A stretch of 43,386 bases of DNA from assembly GCA_036170495.1 (NCBI GenBank), contig JAVHPH010000252.1; one strand, given 5' to 3'. The notes under the pieces were generated by a model. The model was not told the origin of the DNA, did not search any database, and worked only from the letters and a program-made list of their open reading frames with translations. Of this stretch, positions 10,565 to 21,003 are shown piece by piece. A program made the translations under genes and the position numbers. This DNA is from Azonexus sp. (GTDB taxonomy: Bacteria > Pseudomonadota > Gammaproteobacteria > Burkholderiales > Rhodocyclaceae). How positions within the stretch are numbered: the first letter of the stretch is position 1; every line of letters begins with the position of its first letter.

Positions 10565-11134
10565 TTATAGCCCAGCGTATTCAATGATTTGCGGCACGAA
10601 GCCGGGAAATTGCGTGAAGCCGTGGTCACCGCCCGGCAACACCGTTTGCCGGCAGCCGGCGTAGAAATCCACGGCCTGCCGGTAATCCAGCACCTCGTCG
10701 CCGGTTTCGGCGAGCAGCCAGTAGCGCGCCGGCGTCGGCTGGCGCACTTGCGCTTTGAGCTGCGCGGCATGCGCTTCGGTGAAGGTGAAACGCTCGCCGG
10801 TATGGAAATTGGCGTGATCGCCGACGAAATTGGCCAGATTTATCCGGTCGACCGTAGCGGGATTGATCAGAACCGCGTTCAAGCCGTGCTTTTCCGCCAG
10901 ATGGTTGGCGTAATGCCCGCCGAGCGAACTGCCGATCAAGGTGACCGGCCCGCCGGCCTGTTCGATCAGGCGGCTGACACTGGCCACTGCTTCATCGGGC
11001 ACCGGCGACAGTTGCGGGCAGACAAACTGCGCGGCCAGCCCGCGCCGCGCCATCTCCTCGGCCAGCAACTTTGATTTCCACGAGGCCGGCGAGGAGCAGA
11101 AGCCGTGCAGGTAAAGGATCAGCCCGCGGTCCAT
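10565..11134 (-). CDS. YqiA/UPF0227 family alpha/beta-hydrolase (esterase)
   Basis: LYLHGF.SSP.S.K, GSSLGG nucleophile motif, GDEVLDY, GGDHGF. Confidence 0.9.
   Translation of the reverse strand: MDRGLILYLHGFCSSPASWKSKLLAEEMARRGLAAQFVCPQLSPVPDEAVASVSRLIEQAGGPVTLIGSSLGGHYANHLAEKHGLNAVLINPATVDRINLANFVGDHANFHTGERFTFTEAHAAQLKAQVRQPTPARYWLLAETGDEVLDYRQAVDFYAGCRQTVLPGGDHGFTQFPGFVPQIIEYAGL
10826..10858 (-). repeat. Dispersed motif copy, inside the esterase gene
   Basis: gaaattggccagatttatccggtcgaccgtagc; encodes [10 protein letters not shown]. Confidence 0.8.
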
Positions 11135-11943
11135 TGCACCCAGCCGAAGTGGGCGGTCAGCAGGACGACAATGCCGAAGACGATGCGATACCACGCGAAG
11201 GGCGTGAAATCGTGGCTGGAAATGAAACGCAGCAGCCAGCGCACGCACAGAAAGGCCGAAATGAAAGCGGAAACGAAGCCGACGGCCCACATGCCAATAT
11301 CGTCGGCGTTGAGCAGGGCGCGTTCCTTGTAGAGCTGATAGACGGTGGCCGCGCCGAGCGTCGGGATGGCGAGGAAGAAGGAAAACTCGGTCGCCGCCTT
11401 GCGCGACAAGCCAAAAAGCAAGCCGCCGATGATTGTCGAGCCGGACCGCGAGGTGCCGGGAATCAGCGCCACGGCCTGGGCGAAGCCCATTTTCAGGGCG
11501 TCGAGCAGGGTCATTTCCTCGACCGTCTGGACGCGGATGGTGTGCTCGCGCTTCTCCGCCCACAGAATGACGAAGGCGCCGACAATGAAGCTGGTGGCCA
11601 CGGCAATCGGGTTGAACAGGTGGGCCTTGATCGCCTTGCCGAAGGTCAGCCCGAGGATGGCTAGCGGCAGGAAGGCGACGAACAGGTTGAGGATGAATTT
11701 TTGCGCCGCCTTGTCGCTGAAGGCGCCGCGCGCCACGACGAGCAGCCGCTCGCGATACTCCCAGACGACGGCCAGAATGGCGCCGGACTGGATGACAATC
11801 TCGAACAACTTGCCGCGATCATCGTTGAAATCCAGCAGATCGCCGGCCAGGATCAGGTGGCCGGTCGAGGAAATCGGCAGGAATTCGGTCAGCCCTTCGA
11901 CGATGCCGAGAATGAGGGCTTTAAGGAGAAGAATCGGGTCCAT
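11119..11943 (-). CDS. uppP: Undecaprenyl-diphosphate phosphatase
   Basis: [17 protein letters not shown] and [10 protein letters not shown]. Confidence 0.97.
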   Translation of the reverse strand: MDPILLLKALILGIVEGLTEFLPISSTGHLILAGDLLDFNDDRGKLFEIVIQSGAILAVVWEYRERLLVVARGAFSDKAAQKFILNLFVAFLPLAILGLTFGKAIKAHLFNPIAVATSFIVGAFVILWAEKREHTIRVQTVEEMTLLDALKMGFAQAVALIPGTSRSGSTIIGGLLFGLSRKAATEFSFFLAIPTLGAATVYQLYKERALLNADDIGMWAVGFVSAFISAFLCVRWLLRFISSHDFTPFAWYRIVFGIVVLLTAHFGWVQWTAG

Positions 11944-11988
11944 GGCGTGCAGCCTGCGCTTTTAGCAAGTTGGGGAGGCCGCATTCTA

Positions 11989-12228
11989 CTATCCCGGCTG
12001 TGTCAGAACTTCGAGTTCGGCTAGCCAGTTGAGCGCATGCTCGCGGGATAAGCCGCACATCTCGACCGACGGTTGCAGGCCAGCGCAGCAATCCGGCCGC
12101 TCCGGGCTAGCGAAAATCAGGCAACGAAATTCGCCATCGAGATGCCGGCAGGGCACCCCCGCCGCCTTGTTCAGCGAACTGATCGACGGCGCAATGCAAC
12201 AGGCGCCGCAATTGGGGCGGCAGGCCAT
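11989..12228 (-). CDS. YkgJ-family cysteine-cluster protein (alternative start 12264)
   Basis: [16 protein letters not shown]...C.HL...C.IF..PERP..C. Confidence 0.85.
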   Translation of the reverse strand: MACRPNCGACCIAPSISSLNKAAGVPCRHLDGEFRCLIFASPERPDCCAGLQPSVEMCGLSREHALNWLAELEVLTQPG

Positions 12229-12310
12229 CGGTAACGGAACGGAGGAGCTGGGCTTTTCGGACATGCCCGATTGTCGCAGATTCGGCTTTTCCGTTTGGCG
12301 CCGATGACTT

Positions 12311-12373
12311 CCACACCCCAAGAGTGCTTCCTTCGGGGCGCGGTCAACCGGAAAAATCAGCAAAAAATGAAAT
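12311..12373 (+). repeat. Dispersed motif copy interrupted by a 27-bp hairpin insert (12314-12340), intergenic
   Basis: cca[caccccaagagtgcttccttcggggcg]cggtcaaccggaaaaatcagcaaaaaatgaaat. Confidence 0.85.
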
Positions 12374-12409
12374 GGGGGCCATCGGCCCCCAAGTGTCAAA
12401 AAAACCGAA

Positions 12410-12949
12410 TTAACGACCGGCCGGTTTGGCAGTATCAGCCGCCGCGCCGCGCGGACCATCGCCACGGCCGCGCGGCCCGCGCTCGGTCGGCTTCATTTCA
12501 GCCAGTTGCTTGCGTTGCTCCGGCGTCAGCACCTCGAATACCTGACGATCGGCCTTGGCCCGCGCCAGGGTCATTTCCGACATCGCCTTCGCTGCCTCGT
12601 CGGCCAGACCGCGCGCCTTGGCTTCGCTGTAATCCGGCGCCGAAGTCAGCGCCCGCAGATCAGTCTCAGCCTTGCGCAGGGCCTTGGCCTTGTCGCGCAT
12701 TACCGGCGCCTGGGCATGCATGATCTCGAAAACCTTGTCCTGCTGCGCCTCGGTCAGATTCAAGGTACGCAGATGCGGCGGCATCATGTTGCCACCCATC
12801 ATGTGGTGGCCCAACCCGCCAAGCGCCTCCATTCCACAGCCGTCATGACTGCCGTGACCGCCAAAGGCCGCGGCAGAAAGCGGAATGGCCAAAGCCACGC
12901 TGGCGGCAATCAGGAAACGTTTGATATTGGTGTTGGGGGTAGTTTTCAT
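12410..12949 (-). CDS. Spy/CpxP-family periplasmic chaperone, copy 1
   Basis: Signal peptide and two LTxxQ motifs (LNLTEAQ, VLTPEQR). Confidence 0.88.
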   Translation of the reverse strand: MKTTPNTNIKRFLIAASVALAIPLSAAAFGGHGSHDGCGMEALGGLGHHMMGGNMMPPHLRTLNLTEAQQDKVFEIMHAQAPVMRDKAKALRKAETDLRALTSAPDYSEAKARGLADEAAKAMSEMTLARAKADRQVFEVLTPEQRKQLAEMKPTERGPRGRGDGPRGAAADTAKPAGR

Positions 12950-13043
12950 CTCTTCATCCTCTTGTTCAAATTAGCCGGCCCAAGCGGGCCTGGCGACAGG
13001 ACGAATACTCCCCCGAGAGCCTGTAAAGGTGGGTGACAGGGCT

Positions 13044-13058
13044 GTAAATGAAAGTAAA
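13044..13058. promoter_or_regulatory. CpxR-type direct-repeat box upstream of Spy/CpxP copy 1
   Basis: GTAAA-tgaaa-GTAAA matches the GTAAA-N5-GTAAA consensus. Confidence 0.75.
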
Positions 13059-13085
13059 TGGCGTAAGCGGATGAAAAGCGCGCTT

Positions 13086-13122
13086 GCTACGGTCAACCGG
13101 AAAAAACGGCCAAAATTGAAAT
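13086..13122 (+). repeat. Dispersed motif copy, 3 bp after the permease stop
   Basis: gctacggtcaaccggaaaaaacggccaaaattgaaat. Confidence 0.92.
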
Positions 13123-13125
13123 TCC

Positions 13126-14330
13126 TCACTCATGCCGCAGCGCCTCGATCGGATCAAGTTGCGCCGCCCGGCGCGCCGGCACGTAGCCGAAAATCACCCC
13201 GATCGCTGCCGAGAAGCCAAACGCCGTCAGGTTGATGGCCGGGTTGAACATAAACGGTATGTGCATCAGCGACGACAGTCCGAGGCAGGAGACAAAGGCC
13301 AGCGCCACGCCGACCAGCCCACCTAAGGCGGAGAGCACCACGGCTTCGATCAGGAATTGCCAAAGCACCTCGTTTTCCAGCGCCCCGATGGCCAGCCGGA
13401 TGCCAATTTCCCGCGTCCGTTCGGTGACCGACACGAGCATGATGTTCATGATACCGATGCCGCCGACGAGCAGGCTGACGGCGGCCACCGCACCGAGCAG
13501 CGCGGTCATCGTGCCGATGGTGCCGGAGAGCGTTTCGGCGATCTGCTTGGTGTCCATCACGTTGAAATTGTCGTCGGCGTTCTCGGCCAGCTTGCGCCGT
13601 TCGCGCAGCAGGCTGCGCAGCTGGGCGATGGCGACGGTCGCGTCGGTGCCGTCCTTGAGCGAGACCATGACATTGCCGATATCGAGCGAGCCGGTCAGCC
13701 GGCGTTGCGTCGTGCGCAGCGGCATCAGCACCGTGTCGTCCTGATCCTGGCCCATGCCGCCCTGGCCCTTGGCGACGAGCAGGCCGATCACCTCACAGTC
13801 GAAGGTCTTGACGCGGATGCTGCTGCCGACCGGATTACCGGCGCCGAACAGCTCCTTCCTGACGGTATTGCCGATCACGCAAACGGCCTTGCCAGCGCGC
13901 TCTTCGTCGTCGGAGAACTGACGCCCGGCGGCGATTTTCCAGTTGCCGGCGATGAAGTAGTCGTTGCTCGTGCCGCTCACCGTCGACGACCAGTTCTGCG
14001 TGCCGGCGACCAGCGTTACGGGGCTGCCGACGACGGGCGCCACGGCCTTGAGGCCATTGACCTGTTGCTGGATGGCCTCGATGTCGGCGATCTTGAATTT
14101 CGCCGCGCCGGCACTGTCGCGCCCCGGGCCAAGGCGCTGGCCGGGCATGACCATGAGCAGATTGCTGCCGAGGCTGGCAATCTGGTCGGAAACCATCTTC
14201 GTGGCGCCGTTGCCCAGCGTCACCATGGTGATCACCGCGCCGACGCCGATGACGATGCCGAGCACGGTCAGAAAGGAGCGCAGCAGGTTGCGGCGTATCT
14301 CGCGCAGGGCGAGCAGGAGTGCGTTCAGGA

Positions 14331-14334
<4 letters not shown>
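13126..14334 (-). CDS. MacB/FtsX-like ABC transporter permease
   Basis: RSFLTVLGIVIGV, GGIGIMNIMLVSVTERTREIGIR, PARRAAQLDPIEALRHE. Confidence 0.92.
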
Positions 14335-15029
<695 letters not shown>

Positions 15030-15044
15030 AGCAAGCTCGCCGGC

Positions 15045-15081
15045 ATTTCGATTTTGGCCATTTTTTCGGGTTGACCGTAGC
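15045..15081 (-). repeat. Dispersed motif copy, in an intra-operon gap
   Basis: atttcgattttggccattttttcgggttgaccgtagc. Confidence 0.92.
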
Positions 15082-15084
15082 AAC

Positions 15085-16371
15085 TCACTTTTTCGCCGCC
15101 TGATAGTCGGAAATCACCGCCGCATCCACCGGCAAATCGCCGCCCAGCACTTCGGTCTGGCGCCCGTTGCTGACGCCGGTTTTCAGCGCCACTGCCTGCG
15201 GCTGGCTATCGACCAGCACCCAGACCAGCCCTTCACCGCTGCCCGTGGCTGCCGCCGGGCGATTCTTCGGTGCCTCCGGCGGCGGCCCGGGCATCAGGCG
15301 GGCGACCAAGCCGCGCTCCTTCGCCGCCGCGCCCTCTCCCGGCGGCGTGAAACGCAACGCCGCGTTGGGCACCAACAGCACCTTTTCACGGCTCGCCGTG
15401 ACGATGGTAGCCGTCGCCGTCATCCCCGGGCGCAGCGCGAGATCATCGTTATTGACCCGCAGGATGGTCTTGTACGTCACCACGTTATCGGTCGTCGTCG
15501 AACCCAGCCCGACACGCTGAATGCTCGCCGGAAACTTGCGCCCCGGCCAGGCCGACACGGTGAAACTCGCCGTCTGGCCGGTTTTGACATTGCCGACATC
15601 GGCTTCATCGACCTTGACCTGCAACTCCATCTTGGCCAGATCCTCGGCCAGCACGAAAAGCACCGGCGTCGTCATCGCTGCCACCACGGTCTGGCCGGGC
15701 TCCACCTTGCGGGTCAGCACGACGCCATCGACCGGCGAACGGATGGTCGCCTTGCCGAGATTGGTTTCATCCGTTTTCGCCGTCGCCCGCGCCTGCACCA
15801 CGTCGGCCCGGGCGCTGGCCAGGCTGGCGATGGCCCGTTGCCGCGCCGCATCGGCCGTCTCCAGCTCGGTCTTGGCCGGCACCTTGCCGCCGGAAAGTTC
15901 GGCGACCTGCCGCATGCGATTCAGCGACGCCGTCGTTTCGGCCACTGTCGCCTGCGCCAGCGCCACCGAAGCCTCGGCCGCCGCCACCGCCGCCTGCGAT
16001 TTGGAAACAGCGTCCTTCAATTTGGCGGTATCGAGCTGGGCCAGCAACTGGCCTTTCTTGACCACATCGTTTTCCTGCACCAGCACGTTGGATAGAGTGC
16101 CGGAAAGCTCGGAACCGACATCGACCGACTTGGTCGGCTGCAAGGTGCCGCTGGCCGAAGCGGTAACCAGCAGATTCCCGAAAACCACCTCCTCGGTCGC
16201 GAACTGCCCGGCCGGCTGACCATTGCCGCCGGACACAACCAGCCACAGCACAGCCACGACGGCAGTGCCGCCGACTATCAGCCGCCGCCATCGCCGGCCG
16301 CTATCCTCGTGCTTGTTCTGGCTGAGCAGCGCAACGAGCGCCTCTGACGAGGTATCCGCACTATTTGTCAT
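15085..16371 (-). CDS. MacA-like periplasmic adaptor (membrane fusion protein)
   Basis: ASGTLQP..VDVGSELSG, VKKGQLLAQLD, IRSPVDGVVL, VDEADVG. Confidence 0.92.
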   Translation of the reverse strand: MTNSADTSSEALVALLSQNKHEDSGRRWRRLIVGGTAVVAVLWLVVSGGNGQPAGQFATEEVVFGNLLVTASASGTLQPTKSVDVGSELSGTLSNVLVQENDVVKKGQLLAQLDTAKLKDAVSKSQAAVAAAEASVALAQATVAETTASLNRMRQVAELSGGKVPAKTELETADAARQRAIASLASARADVVQARATAKTDETNLGKATIRSPVDGVVLTRKVEPGQTVVAAMTTPVLFVLAEDLAKMELQVKVDEADVGNVKTGQTASFTVSAWPGRKFPASIQRVGLGSTTTDNVVTYKTILRVNNDDLALRPGMTATATIVTASREKVLLVPNAALRFTPPGEGAAAKERGLVARLMPGPPPEAPKNRPAAATGSGEGLVWVLVDSQPQAVALKTGVSNGRQTEVLGGDLPVDAAVISDYQAAKK

Positions 16372-17873
16372 GTTCGATCACTTTCAGGGGCCGGCTGCCA
16401 GCCGCCGCCAAGCGCCTTGTAGAGCTGGATCAGCGTGGTCAACACGGCCGACTGGGCGGTGGCCAGCGAATCCTCGGCCGTCAATTGGGTGCGCTGGGTT
16501 TCCAGCACTTTCTGGAAGTCGGCGAGGCCGGCTTCGTACATCTGTCGGCTCAAGGTCGCCGCGTTGCCCGCCGAAACGGCCGCCGCTTCGCGGGCGATCA
16601 CCCGGTCGCGGGCCTGCGCGTGCGCGGTCAGCGCGTTTTCGACCTCTTCCAGCGCCGTCAGCACGGCGCTTTCGTAGTCAGCCAGCGCCGCTTCCTGCAC
16701 CGCCGTCTGCAAATCGACGGCGCTGCGCAGCTTGCCGCCGTCAAACAAGGTCGCCGCCAGCGTGCCGCTCAGGGCGCGCACCAGACTGTCGCTGCTACCC
16801 AGCGCGCCGAGGCTGTAAGCCTGCCAGCCGAACGAGCCACCCAGCGACAGGCTGGGAAAGCGCGCCGCCTGCTTCTGGCCGATGCGCGCCGTTTCCGCCG
16901 CCAGCGTGCGTTCGGCGACGATCAAATCGGGCCGCTGGGTGAGCACATCGGCCGGGATGCCGGTCGCGACCGTCGGCGGCGCCACCGGCCGGGCCTGCGC
17001 GGCCAGCAATTGTTCATGCAAGGCGCCGGGTTGCCGGCCAAGCAAGGTGGTCAGGCGGTTTTCCGCCGCCGCCAGCCCGACCTCAAGATCCGGCATGCCG
17101 GCCCGCGTTTGCTCGCGGTTGGTCCGCGCCTGCTCGACGTCGGCGCCACTGGCCAGCCCGGCCTGCTCGCGCCATTCGGTGATCTGCGCCGTTTCGGTCT
17201 GGCTGGCCAGATTGGCCCGGGCAATCGTCAGACGCAACTGGTAGGCGCGGAACTCGACATAGTTCTGCGCCACCTCGGCAACCAGCGAAACCCGGACGTT
17301 TTCCAGACTGGCTTCGCTCGCTGCCAGATCGGCGCTCGCCGCCTCGACCGCCCGACGCGTGGCACCAAAAAGATCGAGCTCCCAACTGGCGTCGAAACCG
17401 GCGTCGTAGAGCGTGCGCGTCGGCAGGGCGCTGACTGCCGTTGCGCTCTTCGTCCGGCTAACGCCAGTCGACGCCGACACTTGCGGAAAATAGCCGCTCA
17501 CCGCCTGCGCCCGACTGGCCCGCGCCTGCCGCAAACGGGCCTGCGCCGCCTTGAGGTCGAGGCTGCCGGATTGAGCGGTGGCGATCAGCTCATCGAGCGC
17601 CGGATCGCCCAATTGCCGCCACCACTCACTTTGCGAATTCGGGCTGTTTTTCCGGTTGACCGTGGAAGCGGTGGGAACGGTGGAATTCGTTGCCTCTGAC
17701 CGAGAGTCACCCGCCTTGGCCGCCAGCCAACGACTCGGCATGGCCCACTCGGGCAACTGATAATCCGGCCCGACCGAAGGCAGGCTGGAACAGGCGCTCA
17801 GCGAGCCGACGGCGAGCAAAACAACAAGCGACAAGCGCCAATTCGGCGCCCTTATTAATGACGTGGTATTCAT
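16368..17873 (-). CDS. NodT/OprM-family outer-membrane efflux lipoprotein
   Basis: Lipobox LSAC, WWRQLGDP, SWELDLFG, RPDL..AE and LYKALGGGW. Confidence 0.92.
   Translation of the reverse strand: MNTTSLIRAPNWRLSLVVLLAVGSLSACSSLPSVGPDYQLPEWAMPSRWLAAKAGDSRSEATNSTVPTASTVNRKNSPNSQSEWWRQLGDPALDELIATAQSGSLDLKAAQARLRQARASRAQAVSGYFPQVSASTGVSRTKSATAVSALPTRTLYDAGFDASWELDLFGATRRAVEAASADLAASEASLENVRVSLVAEVAQNYVEFRAYQLRLTIARANLASQTETAQITEWREQAGLASGADVEQARTNREQTRAGMPDLEVGLAAAENRLTTLLGRQPGALHEQLLAAQARPVAPPTVATGIPADVLTQRPDLIVAERTLAAETARIGQKQAARFPSLSLGGSFGWQAYSLGALGSSDSLVRALSGTLAATLFDGGKLRSAVDLQTAVQEAALADYESAVLTALEEVENALTAHAQARDRVIAREAAAVSAGNAATLSRQMYEAGLADFQKVLETQRTQLTAEDSLATAQSAVLTTLIQLYKALGGGWQPAPESDRT
17630..17665 (-). 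repeat. Dispersed motif copy, inside the lipoprotein N-terminal linker
   Basis: tttgcgaattcgggctgtttttccggttgaccgtgg; encodes STVNRKNSPNSQ. Confidence 0.8.
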
Positions 17874-17919
17874 CCGGATATTTTCACCGCCTGCGATCTT
17901 CACAGGTGTTAAACGATGT

Positions 17920-17960
17920 AAAAAGGCCCGCCGCGACCACAAATTGAGCCGCGGCGGGCA
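17920..17960 (-). terminator. Intrinsic terminator-like hairpin after Spy/CpxP copy 2
   Basis: Stem gcccgccgcg/cgcggcgggc followed by TTTTT on the minus strand. Confidence 0.6.
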
Positions 17961-18010
17961 AGGGGTAGATCACGTGGCAACAGCCCTTCAAGCTGCAGCC
18001 AAAACCTTGA

Positions 18011-18502
18011 TTAATCGCCGGGAGGCGGACGGCGCTCACCACCGCGCCCGTCCATAGGCGCCTTGCCGGCGGCCTTCAGCTTGGCCAGTTGGCTGCGCTG
18101 CTCGACAGTCAGCACCTCATAAATCTGGCGCTCGGCCTTGGCCCGGGCCAGCGACAGGTCAGCCATCGCCCTGGCCGCACCATCAGACAACGCGCGCGCC
18201 TTCGGCTCGGTATATTCAGTCGACCACACCAGCTTACGCAGCGACTCCTCGGCATTACGCGCCGCCTTCACTTTCTCGCGCTTAGCCGGCGCCTGCCCGT
18301 GCATGATCTCGAAAACCCGGTCGCGCTGCGCCTCACTCAAATCCAACTGGCGCAAATACGGCGGCATCTTTTCCGATTCCGTAGCCGGCCCGACACCGCA
18401 ACGATCACCCCGCTGACCAACCCCCAGGGCAGCCAACGGCAGCACCAGCGAAATCGCAGCGGCAATCAGAAGCCGCTTCAAACTCAATTTTGGAAAATTC
18501 AC
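18011..18502 (-). CDS. Spy/CpxP-family periplasmic chaperone, copy 2
   Basis: Paralogous to 12410-12949 (MPP.LR.L.L.EAQ.D.VFEIMH.QAP, VLT.EQR); GTG start at 18502 assumed. Confidence 0.85.
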   Translation of the reverse strand: MNFPKLSLKRLLIAAAISLVLPLAALGVGQRGDRCGVGPATESEKMPPYLRQLDLSEAQRDRVFEIMHGQAPAKREKVKAARNAEESLRKLVWSTEYTEPKARALSDGAARAMADLSLARAKAERQIYEVLTVEQRSQLAKLKAAGKAPMDGRGGERRPPPGD

Positions 18503-18590
18503 ATTCAGCCCTTTGACTTCAAGTTTCGAGGGGTACCCAACGACAGGACGAATACTCCCCCGCGGCACGGTTAAGGCGGGTTAGCGGGCT

Positions 18591-18605
18591 GTAAATGAAC
18601 GTAAA
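18591..18605. promoter_or_regulatory. CpxR-type direct-repeat box upstream of Spy/CpxP copy 2
   Basis: GTAAA-tgaac-GTAAA. Confidence 0.75.
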
Positions 18606-18687
18606 TGGTGTAACAACATTCGCATACCAACCCGACCGACCCAGGTTAGACTTAACGAGTCGTCATCAACTCTTAGGTACTGGCAGC

Positions 18688-19482
18688 ATGGCATCTAGGC
18701 TCTGGACCCGTGAGCAACTCAAACTTGCTTTCCACCTGTACTGCCAGCTTCCATTCGGCAAGCTACATTCGCGCAACCCGGAAATTATTCAGCTTGCTGA
18801 ACTGATCGGCCGCACGCCATCGGCTGTTGCCATGAAGCTAGTCAATTTCGCCAGCCTTGATCCGGCGATTACCAGCACTGGCCGCAAAGGCCTTGATGGC
18901 GCATCAAACCTCGACCGCGAAATCTGGGCCGACTTTCACGCCGACTGGGAAGGCTTGGCCCTTGAGTGCGAGAAACTCCGCGAGCAATTTGGCCTAATTC
19001 CTACGGTCGACCGTCAGGAAGAGGAAAAAACCGACGACTTCGAGATTCCCTACGATTTCACCGGCGAAACCCGCCGCGTCTTTACCGAGCAACGCATCAA
19101 GCAAAACTTTTTCCGTCGCGCTGTTCTCGCCAGCTACCGAGGCCGTTGCTGCATGTCCGGCCTCTCCGAACCACGCCTGCTGATCGCCAGCCATATCGTG
19201 CCGTGGAGCAAGGACAAAGCGAACCGACTGAACCCAAGCAATGGCCTTTGCCTTTCGGCCATCCATGACCGCGCGTTCGATCAGGGGCTGATTACGTTGA
19301 GCGACGACTGGAAGATCGTTCTTTCGGAAGAACTGCGTAAGCGCGACGAACCCTTCGTTCGATCCGTTCTAACGCCACTGGAAGGCCGCGCCATCGAGAT
19401 TCCGGAGCGCTTTGTTCCAGATGCAGCCTTTCTTCAGCGCCATCGAGCTGAAATCTTTCTGGATAATCGCTCGGCGAGCTAG
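18688..19482 (+). CDS. HNH endonuclease (predicted restriction endonuclease) with an N-terminal HTH-like domain
   Basis: R..Q..FR..VL..Y...CC, ASHIVPW and NGLCLSAIHDRAFDQG; N-terminal LAELIGRTPSAVAMKL. Confidence 0.88.
   Translation: MASRLWTREQLKLAFHLYCQLPFGKLHSRNPEIIQLAELIGRTPSAVAMKLVNFASLDPAITSTGRKGLDGASNLDREIWADFHADWEGLALECEKLREQFGLIPTVDRQEEEKTDDFEIPYDFTGETRRVFTEQRIKQNFFRRAVLASYRGRCCMSGLSEPRLLIASHIVPWSKDKANRLNPSNGLCLSAIHDRAFDQGLITLSDDWKIVLSEELRKRDEPFVRSVLTPLEGRAIEIPERFVPDAAFLQRHRAEIFLDNRSAS
18985..19016 (-). repeat. Degenerate motif copy in the HNH interdomain linker
   Basis: caatttggcctaattcctacggtcgaccgtca. Confidence 0.65.
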
Positions 19483-19484
19483 CC

Positions 19485-19847
19485 ATGACAGAATTCAGCA
19501 TCTTCGACTACCTCTATTGCGATGGAAGCAATTACAAGTCTTGGGGTAGTTTGCTGCTGGAAGGGCTCGCCACTGAAACAGACCTCGAACCACTTCGTGC
19601 CCGCCTTGAAAGCGGCGAGTTTTTCATCGCCGAGCAAGTTGGCATTCCACCTCTCTATGCGGAGCTGTGGCAGTTCAGCGACGGCCCCACCGAAGATGAC
19701 CACGTCTGGCATACCTTCCACGAACTACGTCAAGCAGAGGCGGAAGACCTCTCCGGCGAGCCTTGGGGAACGGTTTCTGAACTCATCGCGCGTTTCAAAT
19801 CGGTGAATACATGGAATGAACAGTTATCGCCGCACTGGGATATCTGA
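19485..19847 (+). CDS. Hypothetical acidic protein, 120 aa
   Basis: ATG 2 bp after the HNH stop; protein-like composition; motifs YLYCDGSNYK and EDDHVWH. Confidence 0.75.
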   Translation: MTEFSIFDYLYCDGSNYKSWGSLLLEGLATETDLEPLRARLESGEFFIAEQVGIPPLYAELWQFSDGPTEDDHVWHTFHELRQAEAEDLSGEPWGTVSELIARFKSVNTWNEQLSPHWDI

Positions 19848-20222
19848 ATGCAAAAAACCACCGTCTTTCACGAGGACGTCTTCTACGAGCATTTCCGCCC
19901 ATTCAGGCACCCGTTGGCACGCTTCGATATTTGGGGCGGGCATGGACTTGAAACTTTTGGCAACGATTTGCAGCTAGCTTTTAACCACGACGAAAACCAT
20001 GTTTGGACAGTCGTGGACGGGGAATTAGGCACAGAGCAGTGGATCATCCCCGGCTTTCATCGCGTCAATCGCATTTGTTTTCTTCTGACAGAAATCGCGC
20101 ACTTCGATGCGCCCATTGAATTCCGAATCAAACGCGGACCTCGCTCACTGACGCCAATTGGTCTGGCGCGTCGAATTACCACGCTCAAGCGAATTCTGAC
20201 TGCGAACAAAGCCAAAGACTGA
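19848..20222 (+). CDS. Hypothetical protein, 124 aa
   Basis: ATG directly abuts the upstream stop; motifs LETFG, VWTVVDGE and GFHRVNR. Confidence 0.75.
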   Translation: MQKTTVFHEDVFYEHFRPFRHPLARFDIWGGHGLETFGNDLQLAFNHDENHVWTVVDGELGTEQWIIPGFHRVNRICFLLTEIAHFDAPIEFRIKRGPRSLTPIGLARRITTLKRILTANKAKD

Positions 20223-20234
20223 ACGTCACGGCAA

Positions 20235-20318
20235 ATTTCAATTTTGGCCGTTTTTTCCGGTTGACCGTAGCAATCACCAATAAGCAAAAAGACGGCTGAT
20301 CCAGCCGCCTTTCTTTTG
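20235..20318. repeat. Left copy of an ~84-bp direct repeat (dispersed motif plus terminator hairpin)
   Basis: Motif at 20235-20271; the following 47 bp match 21100-21146 at 40/47 positions by manual alignment. Confidence 0.85.
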
Positions 20319-20343
20319 TCACACCGCCGCTTACGGCCAATTT

Positions 20344-20700
20344 TCAACCGCTCTCCGTTGGCGGTAGATGCCGTTCCAGATCCATGCTGTCATGCAGGAG
20401 GCGAAGCACGTCGATCTGGTTTTCCTCCTCGGTGCCACCCACCCGGAACATGATGAAGTGCCGGCCTTTGCGTCCGTTGCGAGCAACGTGGAGCGTCCGG
20501 ATGTTGCCGCCGATTTCGGGGCGCTCCTTGACGCCAAGGATGTCTGGGCCGGCGGCTAGCGTTTTGAGCGCGGAGGCGAGTGTTTCGGCATAAACCCGCG
20601 CCTGCGCCGAACCGAAGTTCTCGACAGTCCACCGCAGAATTTGCAGGTAATCCGCCTCGGCGGCGGCTGAAAGGCGAACCGTCCAGTAAGTTCCGGCCAC
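20344..20700 (-). CDS. parE: ParE/RelE-family toxin
   Basis: VRLSAAAEADY..I...T...FG.AQA..Y and H.I.FR....IDVLRLLHDSMDL. Confidence 0.88.
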   Translation of the reverse strand: MAGTYWTVRLSAAAEADYLQILRWTVENFGSAQARVYAETLASALKTLAAGPDILGVKERPEIGGNIRTLHVARNGRKGRHFIMFRVGGTEEENQIDVLRLLHDSMDLERHLPPTESG

Positions 20701-20978
20701 TATGCGCCGACCGTTGCGGCGGCCAGCGTGGCCAGATGCCGGCCTAGTTCGTCCGCGGAATCAAAGCTGCGGTAAGCGCCAGCGTCGATGTCGGCGATGC
20801 CGATCCGGGCGGCTTCGCGCAAGGCGGCCAAGCGCACTTCATCTTCCGCTTCGCGACGCTCGACCAGCCGCAAGCCTTCGCGCAATACTTCGCTGGCATT
20901 CTGGTAGCGGCCGGTAGTCACCAATTGCTCGACAAAACTGGCTTGATGATCGGTCAGGACTACATTTCGGGTCGGCAT
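20700..20978 (-). CDS. parD: ParD-family (ribbon-helix-helix) antitoxin
   Basis: MPTRNVVLT and GRYQNASEVLREGLRL; overlaps the toxin start. Confidence 0.9.
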   Translation of the reverse strand: MPTRNVVLTDHQASFVEQLVTTGRYQNASEVLREGLRLVERREAEDEVRLAALREAARIGIADIDAGAYRSFDSADELGRHLATLAAATVGA

Positions 20979-21003
20979 GAGCGGCTCCTTCGACAAAGTT
21001 TCA

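Noticed and set aside
8827-10587. Long antisense ORFs, e.g. 586 aa here and at 21261-22568, 31225-32955 and 38352-39590
   Set aside because: Shadow frames opposite well-supported genes, expected in high-GC DNA.
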